Positions 43,009 through 55,759 of a stretch of 64,000 nt of DNA are shown in pieces. This DNA is from Paraspadella gotoi (lineage: Eukaryota > Animalia > Chaetognatha): NCBI GenBank assembly GCA_051294375.1, contig CM119266.1, forward strand, positions 23,711,237 through 23,775,236, read 5' to 3'. The translations under genes were made by a program, and so were the position numbers. Under the pieces are notes generated by a model, which was not told where the DNA came from, made no database searches, and saw only the letters and a program-made list of their open reading frames with translations. The number at the start of each line of letters is the position of its first letter. The first letter of the stretch is position 1.

Positions 43009-45647
43009 GTTCTGGGGGATCTTTTTCTGATTGGGGCAATGTTTGAAGGTTGAAATGTGGCTTTATCATAGCTCTATTTGATAACAATTTTTCCTGAACA
43101 TTTTATAACAAATATTCAAATATGATTTTTGCCCAAATTGTTTTACAAATTTTTCTCTCACTTCAGCTTAAATGCAGCAGTTTATTCAATTGATTCTTAT
43201 GTATTTGAATTTGAAAACTCCAGGACAAAATGATCACCTGCCGCGTGGCTCTCCCTCGAGGCGACTCTGAGCTCCGCCCGGCCAAACCTCGAAAGCTCTT
43301 CATCGGAGGACTTCCTCAAGGCGTCCACGAATCGGAAGTCCGCGCCGCTTTCGAGCCTTTCGGCATTGTGGAGTCCGTGCAGATCATGTACGACCCGAGT
43401 TCCATCCCCACCCCAGACGCTCCGCAGCGACACCGCGGTTTCGCCTTTCTTCTTTTCGTCGAGGGCGACGACGCGGAGCGCGTCGTGCAGCGGCGCTACT
43501 TTTTCGTCGCCGATCGGCTCGTGGAGGCCAAGCCGGCGGCTCCACGAGACGCTACTGGGTTCGTGAATTATAAGTTACGATTAGTAACCCTTTATTCATT
43601 AATTTAATTATTGATTTAATTCATTTTATTATTAATTAAGACTTTTAAAAAAATTCAAAGAGGCACTCCTTATTCTATTATAATTTCTTAACATTTAAAC
43701 GCAAAAAAAAAAAACCCAAACTAATTCAAGGATCAGTGCGACTCCGCCTACCTTCTCCATCAACTCGACCCTCCTCGTTTCCGATCTTCCCCATCACATT
43801 GACGAATACAGCCTCTACAGCATTTTCGGCGCCTTCGGTCGCGTCGAGGAGGTCAAGGTGCTGCGCGACGACCCCGAAGCGACGGGCACGCGCCATCGCG
43901 GCTACGCCCTCATCACTTACGCCCGCGCCGAAGATGCATTGGCGCTGAGGAAGAGAAAAGAGCCTCTGTTGGTGGAGGATCGAACGGTGGCGCTGAGATT
44001 CGCCGAGGAGCCAAAGGTGGTGGGAATTGGTGATTTATATGGATAATATTTGACAGATTTATTTATACCTAATTTAAGTAAATGCGTCTAATCAAATTTG
44101 ATTCAGTTTATTTTAATTTAATTGCGTCTCAAGATCTGAAAAGAAAACAGAGCAAACAAATAATTACGGGAATGGTTGCAGAAATATCTTATGTCAACAA
44201 TAAACGTGAACAAGAAAAGAAAATAAAAAAGAAAAAGAGATCGGGAGACTAAGTCAAGATTGTACATTATTTATTGTTTTGGCCACTCGAATTGACTTCA
44301 ACCATGAAGATGACCTTAGCCACAAAGATGACGAGGATCACAAAATTGTCCATGAATTTAAAAAATATGTATTCTACGGTAATAAGGCATTATTGTTAAA
44401 AATTACGTGAATTCTATTCTTTAACTTCCTTCTCCCCCTAGGACGTGGAAGCGTCCCTCGAAGCCATGAAGACTCGTTCCTCTTCCTTCTCTTCCGACCG
44501 GAATTCTTTCTCTTCCGCCGACGACGCTTTCCACAGCGACGACGACCTCTGCGATTGTCCCTTCTGCGGGAACGACGCTTCCCGCTGCTGCTCCGACGAC
44601 TGCACGCGACCTTTGCCTACGACGCCGCCGCAATTCAACGGACCCGTTCCCGTGCAGCCAGGGCGACCGCCAAATCCATCGCCTCCTTACCTTTATCCAC
44701 AACACGAACCTCTTCAGTCTTATCGGGTATCTCTCCCTCATTTATCGCCCTTTTGTCCGCCGGCGTCGCCTTTCTCCTCTCGGCCAAACACCCCGGCGTA
44801 CTTTGGCCCTCCTATCCCGGTCAACCCTATTCCAACTTGTGCCATCCCTTGTCCGTCCTTAACGCCGCGGCCAGGCTTAGTTCCCCGTAATTCCACGCTG
44901 CCCGCCAACCCACCCTTGATCGATTTGCCGCCCCGGTTGTCCGAGCGTGCCCCCGCCCCTCCAAATTGCACCGTCCACCCTCACGTAGTCGGTCCGGTGC
45001 CCGCCGCCGTCGACCCTTCTCTACATCTCCACAACCACTGGCTGAAGATGTACGAGATGTGGCGTCGGGAGCAGGAATGGCGACGACAGCAAGAGTGGCT
45101 GCAGGAGCACGATAGTCGGCGACACATGGAGGTCATGCGTCGGCAGGAGAAGCTTCGCCAGGAGCAGGAAAAGCGTCAGAAGAGAGAACAAGATTTCCAG
45201 ACGAACCTTCGCAGTTTATTCTCCATGCTCGACACGCCGGTGCCGGCCGCGTCATCGTCGCCTTCGTCTCCACCGTCGTCGCTGTCTTCGGCGACGAACA
45301 TCCACATTCAAACTGTGGTGCTGCCTATGGAGGACGGTCAGGCGTTGCTGTCATCCCTTGACGCCGCCAAAGTGGAATTGCCACCGCCATGTGACTTCCA
45401 GGGAGCGTCAACTATGGCAGAATCTCCGCTACAGCTGCCGACGCTGGACGAAACGCAGATGGTGCTTTCCACCTTGGAGAGAGGCGTGGGTGAGGAAAAC
45501 TGCGACCAAACCGAAGTCGTCGGTCCCGTCGAGTCGCCCGTCCGCTCGGAATCCTGCAAGAGCGAAGAGAAGCCGTCTCTCTTCGAAATCTTCCAATCCA
45601 GCGACGAAGGGCTCTCTTCCCAATCCGCCAACGAGATTGAGACCTGA
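42619..45647 (+). CDS. Three-RRM RNA-binding protein (Musashi/DAZAP1/hnRNP A-B-like RRM pair, third RRM, Cys cluster, Pro-rich, coiled-coil and acidic tail); 4 exons, 738 aa
   Basis: Exons 42619-43008, 43224-43558, 43731-44016 and 44442-45647 are joined by GT-AG introns with consistent phases (0, 2, 0) and total 2217 nt, open. RNP2/RNP1 motifs: KLFLGGL/SRGFGFVEF, KLFIGGL/HRGFAFLLF and LLVSDL/HRGYALITY. Confidence 0.9.
43224..43558 (+). CDS. RRM gene exon 2 (end of RRM1, RRM2)
   Basis: Acceptor ctccag|GAC AAA ATG gives PHFLQDKMITCRVALPR, comparable to Musashi PHELDxKxIDPKVAFPR; donor gttcgt at 43559. Confidence 0.88.
43731..44016 (+). CDS. RRM gene exon 3 (RRM3)
   Basis: Acceptor ctaattcaag| with an alternative in-frame cag 6 nt downstream. 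Encodes STLLVSDLPHHIDEYSLYSIFGAFGRVEEVKVLRDD...RHRGYALITYARAEDA; donor gtggtg at 44017. Confidence 0.85.
44442..45647 (+). CDS. RRM gene terminal exon (Cys cluster, Pro-rich, coiled coil, acidic tail)
   Basis: Polypyrimidine tract and tag acceptor at 44439-44441, in frame with the 400-aa ORF 44445-45647; GC-rich coding composition. Confidence 0.85.
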   Translation, partial: DVEASLEAMKTRSSSFSSDRNSFSSADDAFHSDDDLCDCPFCGNDASRCCSDDCTRPLPTTPPQFNGPVPVQPGRPPNPSPPYLYPQHEPLQSYRVSLPHLSPFCPPASPFSSRPNTPAYFGPPIPVNPIPTCAIPCPSLTPRPGLVPRNSTLPANPPLIDLPPRLSERAPAPPNCTVHPHVVGPVPAAVDPSLHLHNHWLKMYEMWRREQEWRRQQEWLQEHDSRRHMEVMRRQEKLRQEQEKRQKREQDFQTNLRSLFSMLDTPVPAASSSPSSPPSSLSSATNIHIQTVVLPMEDGQALLSSLDAAKVELPPPCDFQGASTMAESPLQLPTLDETQMVLSTLERGVGEENCDQTEVVGPVESPVRSESCKSEEKPSLFEIFQSSDEGLSSQSANEIET

Positions 45648-47229
45648 GAAGCGATCGAGAGATAATTTTGCCTCGCCGTGATTCTTTTAACCCGTTTTAA
45701 TTGCGTTGTCTTGCAATTTACAAGACAGAATCAGTCATTTTTACCACTCATTGTTTTTAATTAATTTGCTCTCGTGTCTCTCTAATCAATATTACGTGAT
45801 ATTCCGAGATGGCCTCACTCTTTCGTTTTATTTAATTCACCTTGTACTATCAAATCAATTTTAACAACTTTCTCGAGACCGAATGTGATCGAAATGTATT
45901 AGTTATATTTTTAGCGTGTTCAACTTTTTTAATTCATGAATTTTAGTTTTTATTCCTCACGAATTCTTTTCGCGTTAGCTCAAGTATTTTCTTCGGAAAT
46001 TAAACTCGGAAGCTTTTAATTCATCGTATTTAAATATAAACCTAAAAAAAGTAGGAAAAAAATTGAGAGCAACTCTCGCATGGGGTTTGTGCCTCTGGCC
46101 GAGCCTTCCTCGATAATGATTATGGTCATACCGGAGGATCTTCTTTATGACATCCTGCGAGTTTTATGGTGGTCCCAACAAAAAAAAAATCAACGCGTCC
46201 CATTCCCTTTTTCTTTTATTCTCTCTTTCTCCCAACGAACGCTGTCCGACCGAAAGAGGGAAGGTCTCTCTCTCTCTCTCTCTCTCCACAAAGGGAAACG
46301 ACTTCATCAAAAGTCTCGATTCGCCCCGAGAACGAAAATAATATTTTTATCTTTTTTTTTTTGTTCCTTCGAAGTTGATGACCGACGCTGACGAGTCCCG
46401 CCTTCTCATTTCCTGTCCTCGTTAACGTCAGCGTCTTTGTTCTCGTCCCCGTCATCTTTTGGGCTTCGACGACAACTAATCCCGGAGAGAGAGAGAGAGA
46501 GAGAAAGAGCGAAATAAAAAATCGCGTGACCCGGGAATCCAGAGTAAGTCCTTCCACTTTTTTGATTGAAAGGAAAAAAATTCTGGCTCCATATCGCACT
46601 ATGCATGACTCTGGTTTACGTATTTTCAGATAATGTTAATAAGAGAAAATTTGTTTTGAAACGTTAGTGAGCAGTTTATATTGTCAGTCCCTTTTTTGTA
46701 TTTTGTTACGTCTTTTTTTTTCGAAGCTTCTCGCAAGAAACATTAGATGGCAGCAGCGACCACTGATGGCTGCGCCGTCGGATCAGAACGCCCCCCGGCA
46801 AAATGGATCGACCAAAAATTGGAACAGTCGAGAAAGATCGAGCTAGTTCGAAAACAATCTTATCTTATTGTCATTCAAAACTTCTTAATTAGTAAAGTCG
46901 CATATCTTAGTCAAAGTTATAAAGACTAGTTATAAATTATTCTATTATATATATAATATATATATATTATATATTATATATATATCTGTTTGGATTTATC
47001 GTATTTTCCGGTTAAGGATTGTGAGACCATCGTTCTAAAAATCCCCAATCTGCTTAAAAATATACAGAATACGCCTTTCTAGTGAAGATCGAGGCTTTTA
47101 CTATCTCTAAAATATTTTTATGCTAATTTTTTTTCTCATGAGAACAGCGTTTTTTGTTTTAATTTTTTTTCCTGACGCTGAAATCTACCCTGAGGTTTGT
47201 TTTTCTCAGTCACCATCTATTTTCCTCCG

Positions 47230-47273
<44 letters not shown>

Positions 47274-47811
47274 ATTTCTTGATCTTTTCTCCTGACTTTT
47301 CTCGCCCTCGTTCTGTCCTTCCGCCCCATTTCACGTCTTCATTCCAATTTCCCGCTTTTTCGAATATCAAAAGCAGCGCCGGCGTCCTCTTCGTCGTCTT
47401 TTCCGGCGTTGTCGTCGTCGTCGTCGTCCGTCACGTCTTCTTTCGAATTTGTTTTATTGTGCCGTCCTTTGTAATCCACGTTTATATCTTAGAGATTTTT
47501 ATAATACGTCTCTTATATTTCTAAATCAGTACCTTGTGCAACGCCTTTAGTTCTGGAAAAATGTTTACTTTTCAACGCATCAATTATTAAAAATTCGTCG
47601 CAAAATTCTCGCTTATTTTTCAATTTTCATAACAATGCTGATCATGGCACCTTTTTCTCAAAAACTACAATATGCTAATGAGTTTAAGAAACTTTCGCGA
47701 GCGAAGCTCTTTTTTTTTTCCTCTTTAAACTATAAAACTGTTATGATGATGAAGACGACGTCGGTGATGACGCCGACGAACCTCACCAGAACGACTGATT
47801 TCTTTTCAGGG

Positions 47812-47860
<49 letters not shown>

Positions 47861-48731
47861 CTTTCTCTTTCCCACTTTTGGTTCGAGTCAATGGTTTGTG
47901 AAAAGCAAATGGTCTTCTCGCCTCCACGGCTCCGAAGGGCGAGAGGAGGGGTGTTGGAAAGAGAGTGGCGAAAGCGGTGAATCGGAGGTGGCAGTGAAAA
48001 AGGGTGTTGTCTGGAAAATGATGTTGTAGTAGTTAAATATTTTGGGAGTGGGTGCTGTCGGTGTCATCAGTAAAAATATTACGATAGCCGTTGTCGTTTA
48101 CAACGTATATGTTATCCTAGTGTCAAGTTCTTCCCGCGACTACAGTCCAGCAGTGGTTCTCGGCTGTGGTGTCGTCGCGAGAGACTGAGTCCGCGACGTT
48201 GTCAAAGGTGCGTTCTGAGGCGGACGAGACTAGCGGGACTCAAAGACGAAATCAGGAAAGAACGATCTCTCGTTTTTGTATTGAACAACGAAAGATCCAA
48301 ATGAGACGACGACTGGGTTATGAAATATAATAAATATATATGAAATAGAATTGTAAAAGTTATAAAAGTTATAAAAGACTATGTTACTATGTTACTATGT
48401 ACGTAGCTCAGGAATGAGAAACATAAACAAAGAAACGAAGAGATTTTTTTTTTATAAAATAAACTATTAAAAAAAATTATGTGATAAATCGTCTATTTGA
48501 ACCTTAAAAATTTCAATCGGTGAATTATTTCATAATTCGGCGCTAAAACTTCGAGAAAAGAGCAACGCTTCTCTCGCCGCCTTCGATTTACGCGTTTTTT
48601 AAAGCTCCTAACAAATTTGTTAAAATCTCGTAAAACCCGAACGGAGAGTCGTAATCTTGTCAGAACAGAGGAAAGAAGGAGGAGACCATTTTTTCGTTTG
48701 GCGTTTTAACTACGCACTAACGCGGCAACTT

Positions 48732-48803
<72 letters not shown>

Positions 48804-51569
48804 GGGGTGGAGCAGAAAAGGAAGGAGAGAGAACGAGAAGAATGGAAGGACACGTGCGTAAAAAGCGAAGAACATCTCGTTAAGGCCTGGGATCACTGGC
48901 CAAAGTTATAATTAGGGATTAAATTAAAGCTTGTATGTCGGAAAGTGGAGGTCCAGGTTGATCTGAAGTATCACTTATCTTCTCTTCCGAATCCATTGCT
49001 GTTTTTCGAATTTTATAATACTATATAGAATAAAAGAACCTTTCGGAAGGAGTTGCGAGGCCCAAACGGTAAGGGTTTTTTATGAAATTTACATAAATTT
49101 ATTGAGGACAAGTGGTCCAATTCTATGGAGAGGGATTTTTCAAATTCACTTATCTTCATAGGAAAAAAAAAAGGGAATAAAAAATTTTAGATTAAATTCT
49201 AATATTCTTGAAAACTAGTAACATTTTTCCAAAATCCCTCTCATAGAATTTCTCCCACCTTTTCCATTACTATTAAAAAATAATTTTAGTTTATTTTTAT
49301 TTCAAACCGTTTTTAGCTCCAACTCTTTTTGTTATTTATTTTTTATTTTTTATTTTTTTTCTGTAGATTTTACAGAACTGAAAGTCGAGCAAAGAACTCT
49401 TTAAAATCGATACGTTTTCCAAATCTTTTTCATTTTCTGTTTAAATGATGGCTTTTACCGATCTTAAAGTTTTATCAAATTTTTGACAATTTTTTTATTA
49501 CAACAAATTGGCTGTGGCTGGGGAAAGAGTCAGTAAACAAGGAGGAATGCTGCAATAGTGTTTATTATTTTTTTTCTCAGTCTTCGGTCAAGCTTTATGC
49601 CAGTTTTGAAGCATTGGGAACAGAAATAATTTCATAAGCAGAGCATCGAGGATGGTCCGTCTGTGGAATCTGTAGCAGTTCTATGCACCATTGGGTTGTT
49701 TTTCAAAGTGGACCCAAACTTCATTTTGCCAGTGGACGATGTTCTTTGAATTTACAATTTTACAATTTTTAATCATTTTTTTTGTAATAAAATGATAATA
49801 GACATCCTGATATAAGCGTTCTGCCTCTCTCTCTACTAAACGTTTATGTTTCATCATTAATTGATTCTATAACATAATTGGAATGACTTTGGTTAGTTGT
49901 TAGTTTACCACTGAGGTAGGTGCTGTTAATGAAAAAAAAAATAAAAAAATTGCGTTTAAAAAGGACTTACTGTTGGATTGAATTTTTAAGTTTACTGATA
50001 AAAAAATTGCCGATTTTTAGTTGCCTCTTGAAGCTGAAACCTTATCAAATTTTAGATTTTTTTTTTTTTGAAACGTGAGGGAATACACTTCACTTCTCTN
50101 NNNNNNNNNNNNNNNNNNNNNNNNGAGAGAGAGAGAGAGAGGGTTAATGACCGACGAGAAGTCCTTTCCTCGATTTAAGTGATAAAAGTCGCGGAGTCTG
50201 AGATTAAAAACGAATATAAATTGAAAGGCGGCGAATAAAAAAAANNNNNNNNNNNNNNNNNNNNNNNNNNNNNNNNNNNNNNNNNNNNNNNNNNNNNNNN
50301 NNNNNNNNNNNNNNNNNNNNNNNNNNNNNNNNNNNNNNNNNNNNNNNNNNNNNNNNNNNNNNNNNNNNNNNNNNNNNNNNNNNNNNNNNNNNNNNNNNNN
50401 NNNNNNNNNNNNNNNNNNNNNNNNNNNNNNNNNNNNNNNNNNNNNNNNNNNNNNNNNNNNNNNNNNNNNNNNNNNNNNNNNNNNNNNNNNNNNNNNNNNN
50501 NNNNNNNNNNNNNNNNNNNNNNNNNNNNNNNNNNNNNNNNNNNNNNNNNNNNNNNNNNNNNNAAAAAAATTATTAAATTAAGACTCCGAGAGGGCCAATA
50601 ATTTTTTAAAAGTTTAAGACAGAGCTGCAACTGTGTATTTCTGTTTTCATTTCGTAACCACGCTTACCTTTTATCTTAATAGTTTAAGCTACTCTGAACA
50701 AGTGAGAGAGAGGAGAGGAGAGGAGAGAGAAGAGGAGGGGGGGAGACGAGTAGAGAAGACGAGAGAGGAGACGGGAGGGGGAGGAGGAGGAGAGGAGAGA
50801 GGAGAGGGACGAGACGGAAGGACGAGAGCACGGGGAGAGAGAGGGCATTGACAAAAAATTAACCGTCTCATATACTGAAAAAGTTAGCCTTCATGCTTCA
50901 TCTATGGGAGACGAAGGAAGCGTTGCCAAAGTTGAACGTGGAGCGCGCGGTGTGAGGTTGAGAGCAGATTTAATTGGAAGGGGGGGTTTTTTTATCGGCC
51001 GGGTGGCAGGAATTCTCTGATATTTGACCCGAAAGCCGAGCGCTGACACGCGAAAAATGGGCGGAGGAAGAGAGAGAGAGAGAGAGAAGAGAGAGAAGAG
51101 AGAGAGACGAGAGACGAGAGGAGACGGAGAGAGAGGGGGAAGAGAGAGAGAGAGGAGGATGAGAAAGCACGACAGAAAGCCGGAAAGCACGAGACTCTCA
51201 GCGCACGCTCGCACATAACGACTTCTCATTGCTTTCCATCGCAGGTTCGCGCCCTTTTCCTCCTCTCCTTTGGGGGGGGGGGATTGTGAATGGAAGCCTG
51301 AAAAAAGAAAGAAGAGAACAACTGAGAAATTTCGAGGGGTAGAAAATTTGAGAGATATTGACCGGCAAGTCAATTTTATGTGAGTGTGAAAATGGGTATA
51401 ACAATTTATGAATATTTGTTTTAAAAATATGTAAAATTTTACGAAATATATGTAATAATAAAGTATAATATTTTACTATTAAAAATACGAAACAAAAATC
51501 TTTTTTTACGCGTGAAAGGAAGCGCCTGTTGTTGTTGGGTGATACCGTTATTACTCCACTCCATTTGTT

Positions 51570-51609
<40 letters not shown>

Positions 51610-52136
51610 CATAAAACCCGCAATAGTAATTTTCTAAATTGTTGTTTTATGCAACAGAAAATTACTCACTCTCTCCCAGTGGAGCGGCGATGACAACCAT
51701 TCTCTCGACGCGATGACGGAGAAACGATGAGGGAAAAACTTTGTTATTAAACTTTTTTTCTCTACATTTTTTTAATATAACTTTTCTGATCGCGAATCGT
51801 TGAGGGTTAGCGGTTGTTCCGAGAAAAAAAAAAGTTTAAGTAATAGTCATTGGGAGAGTGTGTTTTCGTTTCAGCTTCTCTCTTGATTTTATAACATCTT
51901 TAAAAAATCTCAAACAAAATTATTTAGGACATTATGTTTTAAAATAACAAAACCTAATTTAAATTTTCAACTCGAATGAAATAAAAAAGAAATTCAATTT
52001 ATTTCATGAAAAAAAAAGAGGCGTCGCATCGGTTCTAAAAAGTTGCGAGGCGAAAAACTCGCTGGAATTGCCTCATTCGTCTAAATTCCAATAAATTTGG
52101 GGAGAGAGGGAGAGAGAGAGAGAGAGGAGGACGGAT

Positions 52137-52176
<40 letters not shown>

Positions 52177-52507
52177 AATTTCAATTTGTTTCCCCAAATA
52201 GAGAATGGGGAAGAATCTCAAAGGTTTGCCGCATCGTTAGATGCAACCGGGTTAGGTGATACAATTACGAAGGATTAATTCTTTAACTTCACTCTATAGA
52301 ATTACAAAGTCTTCCGAATGCTAAAGTGACAGATGAAACAGATGCAGGACTTAGTATATTTTAAACGACCTACTCACTGCTTTTCTCAAAAAACGGGAAA
52401 AAAAAGAATGGTACTTGGATTAAGATGAAATTTATTCACCTCACCTCGTTCATTCATATTTGATTTTCCCTTGTATCGACCCGAAACACTGTTCGACCCC
52501 TTTTCCC

Positions 52508-54278
52508 TCAACCACTCTCTTCCCACTTCCGGGTCACTTTGTTCCAACCCCTCGTCCGCCGGCGCAGCCCCCTCGAGAACACGATGCCCGGCTCCGCGTT
52601 GCCCGGAAGCGGATGATTCCCTGGGAACTTGCGCTGCTGCTTCAACACCTTGGCGTCGTCCACTTCCTTCATCGGAATGCCGAACTGAATCAACAACCCG
52701 GGGATGTCGAGAGTGGCCCGTCGGCCGTCCGACCGAGGCGGCGCGTTCCGCCCGCCCGGTGCATTGGAGATATTGACATTCTCCGAGTGGGAAATGTGGG
52801 TTAAAGATTCTTGCGAGTCATTTGACTGCAATTTAACGAAGGAAGCTGGAAGAGGTTCTTCCCTCGAGAGTATCCGCCTACTGGGTTTGATGTCGATAGA
52901 TCCAGCGCTCTCGCTGTCTTCGCTCCCCTTGCGTCGGTTCGCGTTGTCTTCCACAGTCAGCGATTGCTTCGGCTTTTCGTCGCTCTCCAACAAAGGCGCC
53001 CAGCTGACGATCCTCTTGCCGTCCAATCTCAAGGATCTTTTGGGCGATATACGCGGCGCCAACCCATCGGCATCGTCGGCGCTACGTAACGTGCCTTCCT
53101 CGAGGTGTTGGCTAAGGGATGGAATCGGAGTGTCCGAGACGGAGTGAGATTGTGATTGCAAAATGCCCTCGACCGCGGAGCCGGCCGCCGCTCCGGACTC
53201 CTTCCCTGAGCTTTTCGCCGCTGCTCTGTTGTCAGTCTCGAGAGCGTCACGGAAATTTTTGGAGGATCCCTTTGCATTCTCGTCAATGATACTGAAAAAG
53301 GTTTCGCGGGGCTCGGCGTTTGTGGCGGTGCCGGCGCCCGTCGCTTCTTTTTTATTTTCGACGAGGACGCTCTGCAATGGGTGGGTGAGAAGGTACTGTT
53401 CCTGGAGCGGCCTCTGATAGAAATAGGGTTTGGCGCTGTGGGCTTTGACGTGGACCTTAAATTGAAGGTAGAACTGTTTATAAAAATTTCTTGTAAAATA
53501 CATGCTCATTCATTTTCATGACGGGTAAATAAACCAATTTTATAATATTTAAATATTCAGAATTCATTGTTCTTTAGTTTTCAATCTCACTTGCGCCTCG
53601 ACGTCGTTTAAAACGCCCACAGGGCGACGCCAGAGTCTTTGCTTCGGGTAGACGACGATGTAATTGTTTCTCATGTCGTTCTGCGTGAATCCGCATCTGA
53701 GCGGAAAATAGGTGTTGTTGATGTAGATGTTTATGGAATTGATACGATCAATATAAAAATTATCCATTCAAGTGACGATGACAACAACAACAACAAACGA
53801 TCAAAACACGGACAACGACGATCAAGTTCACTGCCCGTTATTCGACCACCTGACCTTGGGTCACCTCACTCACTGAACATTGACCATTGTTTTCGCCCCT
53901 GACTTTGGACAGGCTTTACTTTGTTAATTTGCCTGACTTTGTTACATCTTTATTCAAGATAATTATTCTTTTATAGCTTTCGTCAAATACTATACGTACT
54001 ACCATCCCCACTATAATAGATAAAGGACGATTCAAAAGTAGCCTCAGCAACCGTTTAATCTAACTAAAACACTTAATACGAATTTTTTACAAAATTTACA
54101 ACAACGTCTTTGACAAAACTCGGTCGAGACCTGGCGAGGGCTTCGGCCTTGTCGTTCCCAAGGACGGGATAAGGATAAACGATCCTCATGGCTCCCGGTT
54201 TTGGTTCTCCGACGAAACCAGAGTTGGGAAGGATCATCCCGCCTCCCCATTGGTGAATCTGCCGGTAGTGAAAGTACG
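52508..54278 (-). CDS. Multi-exon gene of unknown family (at least 386 aa if it starts at ATG 54237); largely disordered C-terminus with a KRIVSW motif
   Basis: Exons 54131-54278, 53591-53696 and 52508-53455 are joined by GT-AG introns with matching phases (2, 0). They read ...MILPNSGFVGEPKPGAMRIVYPYPVLGNDKAEALAR CGFTQNDMRNNYIVVYPKQRLWRRPVGVLNDVEAQ VHVKAHSAKPYF... The terminal exon lies in the 333-aa ORF. Confidence 0.75.
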
Positions 54279-54346
54279 CTGAGGACGATCGATGAGGAGC
54301 GTGAGAGAGGGAGAGAAAGAGAGGGAGAGAGATTGACTTTCCTCAC

Positions 54347-54595
54347 CAACAAATCCTGATCTTTGACGCTGCTGCCATACATGTAGGCGACATCTCTGAG
54401 CGGACGGTTCTCCTGCCGCTCGCGCTGCAGCGTCCGCAGCGACTTTCGCGGGCCTTTGCGCTGCATCTCCCGCGGTAGTGGGCGCGTATGAGGAGTTTTG
54501 GGGGGGATGTTCCAGCGAACGGAAGGAGAGAGTCGGATTGGAGGGGGAGAGGGCGTCGACCGAGCGAATCAGTCGGTCAGTCGGTCCCTCGAAGC
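54347..54595 (-). other. Probable upstream exon (coding or 5' UTR) of the unknown gene
   Basis: GC-rich segment ending at a strong donor gtgagg (54346), with a 68-nt CT-rich intron to cag at 54279. The frame joining the next exon is open but has no ATG, so the 5' boundary is uncertain. Confidence 0.5.
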
Positions 54596-55159
54596 TAAAT
54601 CTATTCGATCTTCTAACTCGATTTGAATCCCTACACGCGATTATTTATTTCAATTTTTAAAGGCTAAACGCAACTGAAGATCATTCCACTAAATACATTT
54701 GAAGTCGTAACTAGATTCGCCTACAATCATATTTGCATATTTTACTTAAGTTTATTTTCCGAATAACCAATTTAAATTAATTCGCTATACATAACTGACA
54801 ATTTTTTTGACATGAATTTAAAACTAACATTTGGTTACTTTAACTCTTGGAGCTCCTCGATAAATATAAGTTTATCTCGATATCTCAGAGATCATGTTGG
54901 ATAAGTAATTGGTTCGAGTATAAAATCTATAAATCAATTAAATTTTTTTGCAATGCGACGGTGACAACTATTTAAAATAATGATTCATAAATGTTTTAGA
55001 ATCCCTAATCAGATTATTATAAACATCTTTTAAATGTGAGTTGTGTCGAAAAATCTTATCGAAATTTTCTAAATTTTCGGGAGAAACACAGGGAGTGAGC
55101 TTGAGATAGAGAAAAAACAAGAGAGAGAGGAGAGAGATGAGGAGAGAGAGAGAGAGAAT

Positions 55160-55210
<51 letters not shown>

Positions 55211-55304
55211 GAGAGTTGATTTTACTTGTGTCGACCACGGTGTTCCCTTTTGATCCCTCTTTTGGAAGTCCAAAACCCATTCTTTTTCATCGCTAGTCAG
55301 ATAA

Positions 55305-55335
<31 letters not shown>

Positions 55336-55703
55336 GTGACGACGACACTTTTAAAAACAAAATCCCTGGGCACGAAAGGATCTACTTCTAATTAGACACA
55401 ATTTGAGCCTATTTAAAAGAGACTGTATACTTTCTATGTTGGCTGCTGAGCGAAACATTTAAAAAGTTGGATATTTCAAGACGGACTTTTATTCTTGAAA
55501 TACATGTGGCCATAAATATGCAAGAAAACAAAAACAATGATTGATTATATCAATGATGTACCACATTTTCAACGACGCCGCAGGAAAGAATTTTGTTTAC
55601 AATAAAAAACATAAAAACGAAATGAATTTTTTTTTCATTTTTTTTTCTTTGGGGCCAAGAGAAAAAAAACATAGAGAGCTGTAGAGAAGAGGAGAGAGAG
55701 AGA

Positions 55704-55759
<56 letters not shown>

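Noticed and set aside
48095-48150. acgtatatgttatcctagtgt resembles the 5' arm of miR-iab-4
   Set aside because: It needs several deletions to align, has no complementary 3' arm, and lies downstream of the Hox gene rather than in the expected position.
49590-49750. Minus-strand NEVWVHFEKQPNGA*NC, reminiscent of a BED zinc-finger start
   Set aside because: In-frame stop, the second Cys and the His pair are missing, and there is no transposase nearby.
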